A DNA stretch of 54,776 bases from an uncultured Gammaproteobacteria bacterium (GTDB lineage Bacteria; Patescibacteriota; Patescibacteriia; Patescibacteriales; UBA12465), in NCBI GenBank assembly GCA_964479455.1, contig CAYZMF010000001.1, positions 1-54,776 of the forward strand, in the 5' to 3' direction. The position numbers and the translations under genes are program-made. This document shows, one piece after another, positions 19,870 to 28,480 of this stretch. The notes under the pieces were generated by a model. The model worked only from the letters and a program-made list of their open reading frames with translations, was not told where the DNA came from and ran no database searches. Each line of letters starts with the position of its first letter. Position 1 is the stretch's first letter.

Positions 19870-19874
19870 ACCTA

Positions 19875-19903
19875 TTGACAAACTAAAATTAGTGTGATAT
19901 TCT
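19875..19903 (+). promoter_or_regulatory. Candidate sigma-70 promoter in a convergent-gene intergenic region
   Basis: TTGACA (19875-19880), a 17-nt spacer and TATTCT. An alternative reading is TGtGATATT as an extended -10. Confidence 0.45.
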
Positions 19904-19907
19904 TATC

Positions 19908-20049
19908 AGTTAACAATTAAGGCCACTTAAAACGGGTCAGGCACGACAAGCATGGAGATTTTCTTTCTAGGGTTTTTGGGGCTTATTTGGTGAGCTCGAA
20001 AATTCCTAGGAGAGATTTTCTTGCCTACCCGTTTTAGTTGGTCTTTTTT
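19908..20049 (+). ncRNA. Candidate structured small RNA (a long imperfect hairpin of about 120 nt plus a U-tract); identity unknown
   Basis: GGCCACTTAAAACGGGT (19921-) pairs with ACCCGTTTTAGTTGGTC (-20043). Inner helices are AGGCA/TGCCT, TTTCTAGG/CCTAGGAG, TTTTT/GAAAA and GGGCTT/GAGCTC. It ends in T6 (20044-20049). Confidence 0.4.
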
Positions 20050-21829
20050 ATATCTCTATATTTTCCTCTAGTTCTTTATTCTCAATAAACTCCTTGTCTA
20101 TTTTTGACTCTTCTTCAGCACCTACTAAGCAGACTTCTTGCCAAGGAACATAATATGAATTAAATCTTTTTTCAACAATCTCTCCATCTTGATGTTTTAC
20201 AATATAATCAAAATATGTATTAGCACCGTTTCGGGCTTTTTCAGTACATTTTTTTTCTCCTGGAGCTAAATCTTCACTAACTATCAATTTAGTAGCTGGT
20301 GGCGGCGTAATATTATAGATTACTGGATCACTAATAGATATTTCCCGACCATCGCTTGTTCCCCAGAAGTCAAAATATAAATCATTCCCAATAATTCTAG
20401 ATTGAATCATAATATGACTTTCTGTATTATTGATAAATTTTAGATCTGGCCAAGGATTGTAAATAGAGGCATCAGTCCCAGCTGGTTCGTAGTAGCTAAC
20501 TCGATATGAATGGTTTTGTCGTGCGGTAATAGTTAAGCCAGTATTTAAGGCCGCTCTAAATAAAGTAGTTGAGACTTGGCACAGTCCGCCGCCATATTCA
20601 GGAATAGTTTGGCCATTTTTAATTACCAATTCAGGTAAGTAGCCGCCTTCCTTAGTAATTGGTCCTAAGTTTTCTAAAACTGAAAATTCTTCACCGGGGG
20701 CAATTATTAAACCGTGATATGTATCAGCTCCAATCCTTATATTATGGACGCGATTACTGGGTGAGCCAGCGAAGTTGGAGTGCCCAGAGCCAATTATTTC
20801 TACTATCTCAGCGGCCAGTCCCTCTATATCATCACCCATTGTTTCTTTAATAATTATTTCAATATCTTCTTTTTGTTCTAAAATAGTTTCTTTTATTGAC
20901 TCGGCACTTTCTTCAAGTATTAATTCTTGGCCATTTTTACCCGCTTGCCAATTTAAAATTCGCTTATCTTCCACTTGAAAGCTAGGCAAGATTGCCTCTT
21001 GATTAATTAACGGAGCTAATTCATTTTTTAAAAATTCTATTATTTTTTCTTTGTCGAGATTAAGACTTTTTTGTGAAATAGTAAACCAAGTAATGATCTG
21101 ATTTTTATCAAGAGGCCAGGTCTTTTTCTTGTATTTTAAGGTGAATTGCTTATCCTTTAAAATACTTAATATTTGGTCTTGGTATATAAGTAGGTCTTCT
21201 TTTTTTATATTTGGCTCTATTTGACTAGTAATTAGTTCTAAGTCAGAAACATCTAAAGTTTTTAAAGACTGTTCAAAGGCTTTTAAATTTTTCTCTTTTT
21301 CAATCTTTAGACCTATTTCTTCTGGAGCAATTTTAAGCTTGTCGTTATCAAAATAGAAATAGGCATTTTTAGCGGGCTTTTCTATTTCAGGAAATAAATC
21401 AAGCAAGGACTGCCACCACCTCTCCTGATGAAGGCGATACTTAGCTAATAAAGGTTTTTTTTCTTTAATAAAAAAAGAATTAACACGCTTACTTAGCTTA
21501 GGCTCGTAGCGATCTAAGAAAAGAGAGATATTTTCATCTATATCTATATAATATATTTCATAGGCTAGTTCTGAGTCAAAAGCGACAACTCTGCTAGCTA
21601 ATGTTTTTTTTGTACTATTAAAATAATAAACAAGACCATCATTATTTATTTTTTTTATCCTATCTTTAATGATTTCTTGGGCCTGATTAATTGGCAACTT
21701 AGCTAGCTTTAAAGAAGCGAAATGAGCTTTATTGTTGGTAGTGCCAAAATTTATAGTAAAAAGACGTATAATTATTAAAACAACGAAAACCGAAAGACTG
21801 ATGATAATGATTTTTGAGTTTTTTCTCAT
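20048..21829 (-). CDS. VanW-family protein with an N-terminal TM anchor
   Basis: The C-terminal VanW core reads GGGLCQVSTTLFRAALNTGL..ARQNHSYRVSYY. The N-terminus is hydrophobic (IIIISLSVFVVLIIIRLF). Confidence 0.85.
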   Translation of the reverse strand: MRKNSKIIIISLSVFVVLIIIRLFTINFGTTNNKAHFASLKLAKLPINQAQEIIKDRIKKINNDGLVYYFNSTKKTLASRVVAFDSELAYEIYYIDIDENISLFLDRYEPKLSKRVNSFFIKEKKPLLAKYRLHQERWWQSLLDLFPEIEKPAKNAYFYFDNDKLKIAPEEIGLKIEKEKNLKAFEQSLKTLDVSDLELITSQIEPNIKKEDLLIYQDQILSILKDKQFTLKYKKKTWPLDKNQIITWFTISQKSLNLDKEKIIEFLKNELAPLINQEAILPSFQVEDKRILNWQAGKNGQELILEESAESIKETILEQKEDIEIIIKETMGDDIEGLAAEIVEIIGSGHSNFAGSPSNRVHNIRIGADTYHGLIIAPGEEFSVLENLGPITKEGGYLPELVIKNGQTIPEYGGGLCQVSTTLFRAALNTGLTITARQNHSYRVSYYEPAGTDASIYNPWPDLKFINNTESHIMIQSRIIGNDLYFDFWGTSDGREISISDPVIYNITPPPATKLIVSEDLAPGEKKCTEKARNGANTYFDYIVKHQDGEIVEKRFNSYYVPWQEVCLVGAEEESKIDKEFIENKELEENIEI

Positions 21830-22011
21830 GGATTCAAAATTTCATTTAAAATGTCTTTAGCCCGGTTTTTATTGAGACTAAAGTAAAGAATCTCGCCAAC
21901 TTTTATATTATTATCTAAGAAATATTTAGGCAAGCTAATTTCCTTATTTTTATTATCTATAAAGAGTATCTCCTTATCTTCAATTTTTTTAACTATCAAT
22001 TTAATTTCCAT
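21826..22011 (-). CDS. Small hypothetical protein (possibly DUF3006-like)
   Basis: 61 aa, overlapping the vanW-like start by 4 nt and co-oriented between hsp20 and vanW. The pattern IVKKIEDKEILFID...ISLPKYFL...KVGEILYF is suggestive only. Confidence 0.5.
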   Translation of the reverse strand: MEIKLIVKKIEDKEILFIDNKNKEISLPKYFLDNNIKVGEILYFSLNKNRAKDILNEILNP

Positions 22012-22015
22012 TTTT

Positions 22016-22399
22016 TTAATCTTTAACTTTTATTTCAATTGGCTTATTCTTCACCTTTTCTAGACTAACTGTTAAAATTCCGTTTTCTAAACTAGCTTCA
22101 ACTTTTTTACTATCAACCTCAGATGGCAAGATAATTGAACGAGAAAAAGGACCAAAGTAACATTCCTTATATAAGTATTGTTCTGCTTTAATGCTTTTAT
22201 TAGCTTCTCTTTTCCCCCTAATAGTCAACAGGTCGTGATGCAGGGAGATTTGTAGATTTTCTGGATTAACACCAGCAATAGTTGACTGGATGTATATATT
22301 CTTATCTGTTTGATAAACATCAATTGCTAATTGACCCTCGCTTTCCTCGCCCTCATTTAACCAAGGATCAGCTTGACCATTTAAATTTTGAGTTTGCAT
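22016..22399 (-). CDS. Hsp20/alpha-crystallin small heat-shock protein
   Basis: Alpha-crystallin domain with LAIDVYQTDKNIYIQSTIAGV...FSRSIILPSEVD...ASLENGILTVSLEK. Confidence 0.9.
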   Translation of the reverse strand: MQTQNLNGQADPWLNEGEESEGQLAIDVYQTDKNIYIQSTIAGVNPENLQISLHHDLLTIRGKREANKSIKAEQYLYKECYFGPFSRSIILPSEVDSKKVEASLENGILTVSLEKVKNKPIEIKVKD

Positions 22400-22412
22400 A
22401 TATAAAAATTAG

Positions 22413-22486
22413 TGGGCTCGGCCCGATTCGAACGGGCGACCTTTACGATGTCAACGTAACACTCTAACCAGCTGAGCTACGAGCCC
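22413..22486 (-). tRNA. tRNA-Val (anticodon GAC)
   Basis: Reverse complement GGGCTCGTAGCTCAGCTGGTTAGAGTGTTACGTTGACATCGTAAAGGTCGCCCGTTCGAATCGGGCCGAGCCCA. Anticodon loop is TTGACAT. Confidence 0.9.
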
Positions 22487-22496
22487 TAATACTTCA

Positions 22497-22525
22497 ATTA
22501 TACAATTATTATGAGTTTTTATCAA
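22497..22525 (-). promoter_or_regulatory. Sigma-70 promoter for tRNA-Val
   Basis: On the minus strand: TTGATA, a 17-nt spacer and TATAAT, ending about 10 nt before the tRNA 5' end. Confidence 0.6.
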
Positions 22526-22549
22526 CTAGCTTTACTTATTTTTTAGCAG

Positions 22550-22623
22550 TGCGCCTAGATGGACTTGAACCATCGACCTCCGCTTTATAAGAGCGGCGCT
22601 CTAACCTCCTGAGCTATAGGCAC
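22550..22623 (-). tRNA. tRNA-Ile with a UAU anticodon (AUA decoder)
   Basis: Reverse complement GTGCCTATAGCTCAGGAGGTTAGAGCGCCGCTCTTATAAAGCGGAGGTCGATGGTTCAAGTCCATCTAGGCGCA. Anticodon stem is CCGCT/AGCGG and the loop is CTTATAA. The body closely resembles bacterial tRNA-Ile(GAU). Confidence 0.85.
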
Positions 22624-22647
22624 TTTAAATATTTATTATTATATACC

Positions 22648-23796
22648 CTATACATCAGTTTTAGCAAGTTCTAAAATAATCGGTTTAATAATGCTATCTT
22701 TAATTTTATTTAGGTCTAAATGATTAAGTGGACCAAAGGCTCTTTTTTTGTTTCCTTCAAGCTCTAACCAGGGGGCAATTTTTAAAACATTAATATTTTT
22801 AATACTTTGTAGAATTAAATTTGCCTTTTTGTCAGAACTTGTTTGATAGGCGAGCAAGAACATAAACTTATCGGATAAATTTAAGATTAGTTCGTCTATA
22901 ATTTCAAATAGATGTTTTTCGCTAGCTTGACTCTCTTTAAAATCCTCAACACTTAAATATGACCAAGCCACCTTATTTTCTACCTTTAAATTATTAAGTA
23001 ATTTACCCCATAATTTTAGAGCTTGAAAAGAACGGGAGCGATATAAATGATTAACAATTTCTTCCCGACGACCATTAGCATCAATTAATTTTGAGGTATT
23101 CATTAAAGTTCTAGGACTTAAGGTGCTAGCTTTAAAATTATTACTATCAGCAATTATCCCAGCCAGCAAACAGGTTGCTATATCTTCATTTATTAAAGGT
23201 ATTTGTAGATTTTTAAATATATAATAAACTAACTCGGCGCTAGAGATGACATTTAGATCAATATAATTGATCTGACCAAATTCTTCATTATCTGGGTGTC
23301 TATCAATATTGATGATAGGAGTTTTATAGAAAAATTCTATATTATTGTCATATGTTCTACCTAAAGATTCTAAATCTGGGGTATCGAGAACAATGATTAG
23401 GTCGTGCTTAAAGCCTCCAGGGGCACTACTGACATCTTTTTTGTCAAACCAGCCATTTTCTGGTGAGATAATAAAATTTAATTTATTATTTTCTAAGGTA
23501 TATTTAATTTGATTAACCTTAGCCTCGCTTATATTAAGAGAGATAACAAATTGCCTTAAATTCTTAAGTTCGTCTTCTATTTTGCTAAAAGCTGGCAGAA
23601 AAGACCAAGGTTGTTTATAGTCTCCTACCTTTTTTAAGTCACAAACAATTCTGCTTTCTTTTTTTAGTTTATTTAACAATAAATACAAAGCCAGACCGGC
23701 TGGTATTGCTCCGCTAAGATAGTTATTAGGCAAAACAATTAGTGGTTTTTTAGATTTTTCAATTTGTTTGATAATTTGTTTTTCTAGGTTAAGCAT
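22648..23796 (-). CDS. DHH-family phosphoesterase-like protein (NrnA-like) with partly degenerate catalytic motifs
   Basis: Motif II LIIVLDTPD, motif III as IDRHPDN (DRH rather than DHH) and motif IV GIIADSNNF. The N-terminal DxD motif and the C-terminal GGGH are not evident. Confidence 0.75.
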   Translation of the reverse strand: MLNLEKQIIKQIEKSKKPLIVLPNNYLSGAIPAGLALYLLLNKLKKESRIVCDLKKVGDYKQPWSFLPAFSKIEDELKNLRQFVISLNISEAKVNQIKYTLENNKLNFIISPENGWFDKKDVSSAPGGFKHDLIIVLDTPDLESLGRTYDNNIEFFYKTPIINIDRHPDNEEFGQINYIDLNVISSAELVYYIFKNLQIPLINEDIATCLLAGIIADSNNFKASTLSPRTLMNTSKLIDANGRREEIVNHLYRSRSFQALKLWGKLLNNLKVENKVAWSYLSVEDFKESQASEKHLFEIIDELILNLSDKFMFLLAYQTSSDKKANLILQSIKNINVLKIAPWLELEGNKKRAFGPLNHLDLNKIKDSIIKPIILELAKTDV

Positions 23797-23884
23797 TTAT
23801 TTTATTCTTTAACTATTTAATATAGAGTTAATTTTAATTATAGTCAAGAAGTTGTTCAAAAAAGATGCTTAACCGAGATAGGTC

Positions 23885-23912
23885 TTGACAAATATTAAAA
23901 TTATGATATAAA
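23885..23912 (+). promoter_or_regulatory. Promoter of the 23956 gene
   Basis: TTGACA (23885-23890), a 16-nt spacer and an extended -10 TGaTATAAA (23904-23912). Confidence 0.55.
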
Positions 23913-23955
23913 TATAGGTTCTTAACTAAATTCTTTAACAACAAAAATAAAAATT

Positions 23956-24345
23956 ATGAAAAAAAATTTTTTGATTTTTGTATTTCTTTTTTTTGTAACT
24001 TCTTTATTTAGTCAGCAAATTGAAGCTGACTTGTATTCTTTCCTGGGATCACATGATTCAATCAAATTCGAAGTCTTAACATTTAAAAAAAGTGTTAAAA
24101 CACAAAGAGTCTTAAAGATTATGAGAAATTTAGAAGTTCGGCCAGCGACGGCTGCTGAACTTTTAAAGTATTATGAAGGAAGCGGCAGTTCACCTGTAGT
24201 AAGTCCACGGGCTTACTATATAAAAAAGTTTTGGATCGGTAATATAAAAGTAGTTCCTGTCATTTATAAAGGGAACTACTATCTTGATTCATTTAGAGGA
24301 AAAAAATGGCCTACGGGCACAAAGTTCGTGGGAATAAAAGAATGA
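23956..24345 (+). CDS. Small secreted hypothetical protein
   Basis: Signal-peptide-like MKKNFLIFVFLFFVTSLFSQQ. It has its own promoter and terminator. No family was recognised. Confidence 0.75.
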   Translation: MKKNFLIFVFLFFVTSLFSQQIEADLYSFLGSHDSIKFEVLTFKKSVKTQRVLKIMRNLEVRPATAAELLKYYEGSGSSPVVSPRAYYIKKFWIGNIKVVPVIYKGNYYLDSFRGKKWPTGTKFVGIKE

Positions 24346-24352
24346 TAAGATA

Positions 24353-24377
24353 AACCTGGCAAATGTCAGGTTTTTTT
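24353..24377 (+). terminator. Rho-independent terminator
   Basis: AACCTG-gcaaatgt-CAGGTT followed by T7. Confidence 0.75.
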
Positions 24378-24413
24378 ATTGACTAGCCCTTATAATTCTG
24401 ATAAATTTGAGTT

Positions 24414-27074
24414 ATGTTAAACAAGATGGACAAGGTATATGACCCAAAAAAGTTTGCGGATAAAATATATCAAGACTGGCAAGACTTGGGATTTTTTAAT
24501 CCTGATAAACTAAAGCTCAATAAAGATGCACCAAGCTATACGATTACCTTGCCACCGCCAAACATCACCGACAAGCTCCACTTAGGCCATAGCGTTATGA
24601 TTGCGATTGAGGACTTGTTAATTCGCTATCATCGTCAAAAGGGCTTTAGAGCTTTATGGGTACCAGGGACTGACCACGCAGCCATTGCTACTCAAAATGT
24701 GGTAGAAAAAAACTTGTTAAAGGAGAAAGGTTTAACTAAGCATGATCTTGGACGGGAAAAGTTTCTAGACTTAGTAAATGATTATGTTAAAGAAACTCAA
24801 GCAGTTATTTTAGAGCAAATGAAAAAAATGGGAGCTTCTTTGGATTGGTCTCGGCTTGCCTTTACTTTAGACGAAAAGCGTCAGCAAGCAGTTAAACAGA
24901 TGTTTGTTGATATGTATCAAGAAGGCTTGATCTATAAAGGAGAGAGAATTGTTAATTGGTGCCCTCGTTGTCAGTCTACCTTAGCTGATGATGAAATTGA
25001 ATATAAAGAACAAACAGCCAAGCTCTATACTTTTTACTATAGCAAAGAGATTCCCATTCCCATTTCGACTACACGACCAGAAACGAAATTAGGTGATACG
25101 GCGATTGCGGTTAGAGCTAAGGATAAGCGTTATGAAAAATTTCTTGGCCAAACACTTGAATTAAATTTTTTAGGAATTCCTTTGAAGTTAAAAATCATTG
25201 ATAGCCATGTAGTAGACTCGGACTTTGGTTCGGGTGCCCTAGGAATTACACCAGCTCATTCTATGATTGACTGGCAAATAGCTCAAGACAATGATTTGGA
25301 GATTATAAAAGTAATCAGTGAAGAGGCAAAGATAAGAGAAGGTTTAGCTGAGTTTAGTGGCTTAACTACACTAGAGGCACGAGAAAAAATAGTAGCCCGC
25401 TTGAAAGAGAAGGGGCTTTTGGTTAAAGAAGAGGAATTCACTAATAATATATCAACTTGCTATCGTTGTTCAAATACAATAGAGCCACTTTTGTCTAAAC
25501 AATGGTTTGTGGCAGTTGACAAAAAGGTGGCTCGTTTGGATGGCAAAAGTTTAAAAGAGCTTGCTAAAGAGGCGGTAGAGAAAAAGCAAGTTGAATTTAT
25601 TCCTGAGCGATTTAATGACACTTATTTCAATTGGATGAATAATTTGCATGATTGGTGTATTTCTAGACAAATTTGGTTTGGTCATAGCATTCCTGCTTGG
25701 TATCGGGGAGAAGAAATGAAAGTAGCTCTAGATAAGCCAAAAGGAGAAGGCTGGAAACAAGATTTTGATACCTTAGATACCTGGTTTTCCTCAAGTATGT
25801 GGACTTTTTCAACTCTGGGCTGGCCTAATAAAAGTTCTGATTTATTAAAATTTCATCCGACTGATGTTTTAAATACTGGTTATGAAATTTTAAGTCTCTG
25901 GGTTTCACGAATGATTATGATGTCTTTATTTGCTTTACAGGAGATTCCTTTTAAGCAAGTATATTTACATGGCTTAATATTAGATCAAGAGGGCAAGAAA
26001 ATGTCTAAATCAAAAGGCAATGGAATTGACCCCTTGGATTTAATCGATAAATATGGAGCTGATGCTATAAGGTTGGCTCTATTATCAGGCTCTACACCAG
26101 GCAATGATAGTCGCTATAATGAGGAAAAGATAGTAGCAAAAAGAAACTTTATTAATAAACTATGGAATATTTCTCGTTATATCATTGGTCAAATTGACCC
26201 GCAGCAATCAATTTTATTAAAAGAAAGTGGCTATAAAAAAATTAATTTTAAAATTAAGAGTCAAGCTGATTACTGGATTATTGATAGATTGCTTACTTTA
26301 AATGAAAAACTGGAGAAAAGGATGGATAAGTATGAATTTTCTTTAGCGATTGAAGACTTAACAGCTTTTATTTGGAATGACCTAGCTGATTGGTATTTAG
26401 AAATAGCGAAGATAGAGGGGGACAAGAAGGATGTTTTAAATTATATTTTATTAAATATATTGCGCTTGATCCATCCCTTTATCCCTTTTGCCAGTGAAAG
26501 CATTTGGCAATCTTTGATGCCTGATTATTTAATAGTTGAAAAATATCCAGACAAGATAGAGAGACAAGTCCTAAAAGACCTGCTTGATGATTATAAGAAG
26601 AATAATAGAGTCTCTGATTTTTCTCTAGTTCAAAAAATAGTTGTGGCAATTAGAGACGCGAGAAGTGTACATAAACTTTCCCCTGCTCAGAAAATTAAAG
26701 CCTTTATCTATAGTCCAAAAAATAAAGAATTTTTAGAAGATAATTTAGCTTTAATTAAAGGCCTAAAAACTAATCTTTCAGATTTAGAACTATTGGATAA
26801 TAAGAAAGATATAAAGGAGGCTATTTTTATTAGCGTTTTAGATTGTGAAATATATATTTTAATCGATATTGACAAGTCTCAAGAATTAATTCGTTTAAAA
26901 AAAGAGAAGGAAAAATTTATAAAAATAATTGATAGTTTGAGTAGTAAATTGGCACAAAAGAGTTTTATTGAAAAAGCGCCTGTTAAGATTGTGAATCGCG
27001 AGAAAGAAAAATTAGCTAATTGGCAGTTGGAATTATCTAAAATTAATGATAAAATAAAGGAATATGACTCTTAA
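24414..27074 (+). CDS. valS: Valine--tRNA ligase
   Basis: PPPNITDKLHLGH (HIGH), KMSKSKGN, a CP1 editing domain and a C-terminal coiled coil. Confidence 0.9.
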   Translation: MLNKMDKVYDPKKFADKIYQDWQDLGFFNPDKLKLNKDAPSYTITLPPPNITDKLHLGHSVMIAIEDLLIRYHRQKGFRALWVPGTDHAAIATQNVVEKNLLKEKGLTKHDLGREKFLDLVNDYVKETQAVILEQMKKMGASLDWSRLAFTLDEKRQQAVKQMFVDMYQEGLIYKGERIVNWCPRCQSTLADDEIEYKEQTAKLYTFYYSKEIPIPISTTRPETKLGDTAIAVRAKDKRYEKFLGQTLELNFLGIPLKLKIIDSHVVDSDFGSGALGITPAHSMIDWQIAQDNDLEIIKVISEEAKIREGLAEFSGLTTLEAREKIVARLKEKGLLVKEEEFTNNISTCYRCSNTIEPLLSKQWFVAVDKKVARLDGKSLKELAKEAVEKKQVEFIPERFNDTYFNWMNNLHDWCISRQIWFGHSIPAWYRGEEMKVALDKPKGEGWKQDFDTLDTWFSSSMWTFSTLGWPNKSSDLLKFHPTDVLNTGYEILSLWVSRMIMMSLFALQEIPFKQVYLHGLILDQEGKKMSKSKGNGIDPLDLIDKYGADAIRLALLSGSTPGNDSRYNEEKIVAKRNFINKLWNISRYIIGQIDPQQSILLKESGYKKINFKIKSQADYWIIDRLLTLNEKLEKRMDKYEFSLAIEDLTAFIWNDLADWYLEIAKIEGDKKDVLNYILLNILRLIHPFIPFASESIWQSLMPDYLIVEKYPDKIERQVLKDLLDDYKKNNRVSDFSLVQKIVVAIRDARSVHKLSPAQKIKAFIYSPKNKEFLEDNLALIKGLKTNLSDLELLDNKKDIKEAIFISVLDCEIYILIDIDKSQELIRLKKEKEKFIKIIDSLSSKLAQKSFIEKAPVKIVNREKEKLANWQLELSKINDKIKEYDS

Positions 27075-27450
27075 AAATTATTTAATTAGCATGGGGGTAG
27101 TTACTCTGATTTGTTGGTCTGTTTTTGTTTTTATAATAAATAGCATTAACCCTTTTACTACTAATAATTTAGGTTTTATTTTATTCTACTTATCCCTATT
27201 TTTCGCCTTATCTGGTACTGTTTTATTAATTGGATTTTTGTTAAGATTTATAATTTTTAGACAAAAATTAGCCTTTCATTTAGTTAAAGTAGCCTTCCGT
27301 CAATCTTTTTTGCTAGCTCTATTTTTATGTAGCTTATTATTTCTTTTTTCTCAAGCCTTGATTAACTGGTTAAATTTACTTTTACTTCTAACTGTTTTTG
27401 TAATTTTAGAAATCTTTTTTTCTAGCTTTAAAATTAGGAATAGTAATTAA
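27064..27450 (+). CDS. Small membrane protein, unknown function
   Basis: 128 aa with about four hydrophobic spans. It overlaps the valS end by 11 nt. Confidence 0.65.
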   Translation: MTLKNYLISMGVVTLICWSVFVFIINSINPFTTNNLGFILFYLSLFFALSGTVLLIGFLLRFIIFRQKLAFHLVKVAFRQSFLLALFLCSLLFLFSQALINWLNLLLLLTVFVILEIFFSSFKIRNSN

Positions 27451-27458
27451 TTTTTTAT

Positions 27459-28478
27459 ATGAAGGAAAAACTAGAATATATTAAAAAATCTTTTTTAGCG
27501 GCAATTGATTCAATTCAGGATGAAAAAACTTTAAGAGATTTAGAGTTAAAATATTTATCTCGTAAAGGGCAGCTAAGTCTATTTTTACGCGACTTAAAAA
27601 ATCTTGATATTCAACTTAGACAAGAATTAGGCTCTCTAGCAAATAATTTAAAGCAGGATTTAACTAAGATTTATCTAGCTAAAAAAAATCAGTTTATTAA
27701 AAAGCAGGAAAGTGTAGCAGACCCAACACTGCCTGGCAAACAATATGACTTAGGTCATCTTCATCCGATTACAATCTTAAGAAATGAAATAGAAGAGTTT
27801 TTTAATAACTTGGGCTTTATGACTCTAGATGGACCTGAACTGGAGAGCGACTACTATAATTTTGAAGCCCTAAATGTACCGGCGCATCATCCCGCTCGAG
27901 ATATGCAAGACACTTTTTATATCAAACAAGAAAATAGTGGGAGTTTAGATTTATTAATGAGAACCCAGACTTCTAATACTCAAGTCAGAGCAATGTTAAA
28001 GCAGGGAGCACCGCTTAGGGCGATTGTTCCTGGCCGTTGTTTTCGTTGTGAGTCAACTGATGCCAGGCATGAACATACTTTTTATCAGCTGGAAGGAATG
28101 ATGATTGATAAGAATATTAATTTAGCTAATTTAAAATTTATATTAGAAGAGTTTGGCAAATTTCTTTATGGAGAAGATACTGAAATAAGGATGAGGCCTA
28201 AATACTTCCCTTTTGTTGAGCCAGGTTTAAATGGAGAATTTAGTTGTTTTTTGTGTGCTGGCAAGGGTTGCCGTCTTTGTAAATATAGCGGCTGGCTGGA
28301 AGTTTTAGGTTGTGGCATGATTCACCCTAATGTCTTAAAAGCCGGGGGGATTAATCCAGATAAATATAGTGGCTTTGCCTTTGGCTTTGGTTTAGATCGT
28401 CTTGTGATGCTTAAATATGGAATTGATGATATTAGATTATTCCATAGCAATGATTTAAAATTTTTAAAACAATTTTAA
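27459..28478 (+). CDS. pheS: Phenylalanine--tRNA ligase alpha subunit
   Basis: Class II motifs (HPARDMQDTFY, GRCFRCE, GFAFGFGLDRL). Confidence 0.9.
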   Translation: MKEKLEYIKKSFLAAIDSIQDEKTLRDLELKYLSRKGQLSLFLRDLKNLDIQLRQELGSLANNLKQDLTKIYLAKKNQFIKKQESVADPTLPGKQYDLGHLHPITILRNEIEEFFNNLGFMTLDGPELESDYYNFEALNVPAHHPARDMQDTFYIKQENSGSLDLLMRTQTSNTQVRAMLKQGAPLRAIVPGRCFRCESTDARHEHTFYQLEGMMIDKNINLANLKFILEEFGKFLYGEDTEIRMRPKYFPFVEPGLNGEFSCFLCAGKGCRLCKYSGWLEVLGCGMIHPNVLKAGGINPDKYSGFAFGFGLDRLVMLKYGIDDIRLFHSNDLKFLKQF

Positions 28479-28480
28479 TT

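Noticed and set aside
19908-20049. Identifying the candidate sRNA as SRP (4.5S) RNA because of a GUCAGG...AGCA string.
   Set aside because: The apical region lacks the GNRA tetraloop and the symmetric and asymmetric loop arrangement of SRP domain IV. The GUCAGG segment pairs elsewhere in the best fold.
22282-22467. 61-aa plus-strand ORF.
   Set aside because: It is antisense to hsp20 and runs across tRNA-Val, and its translation is implausible.
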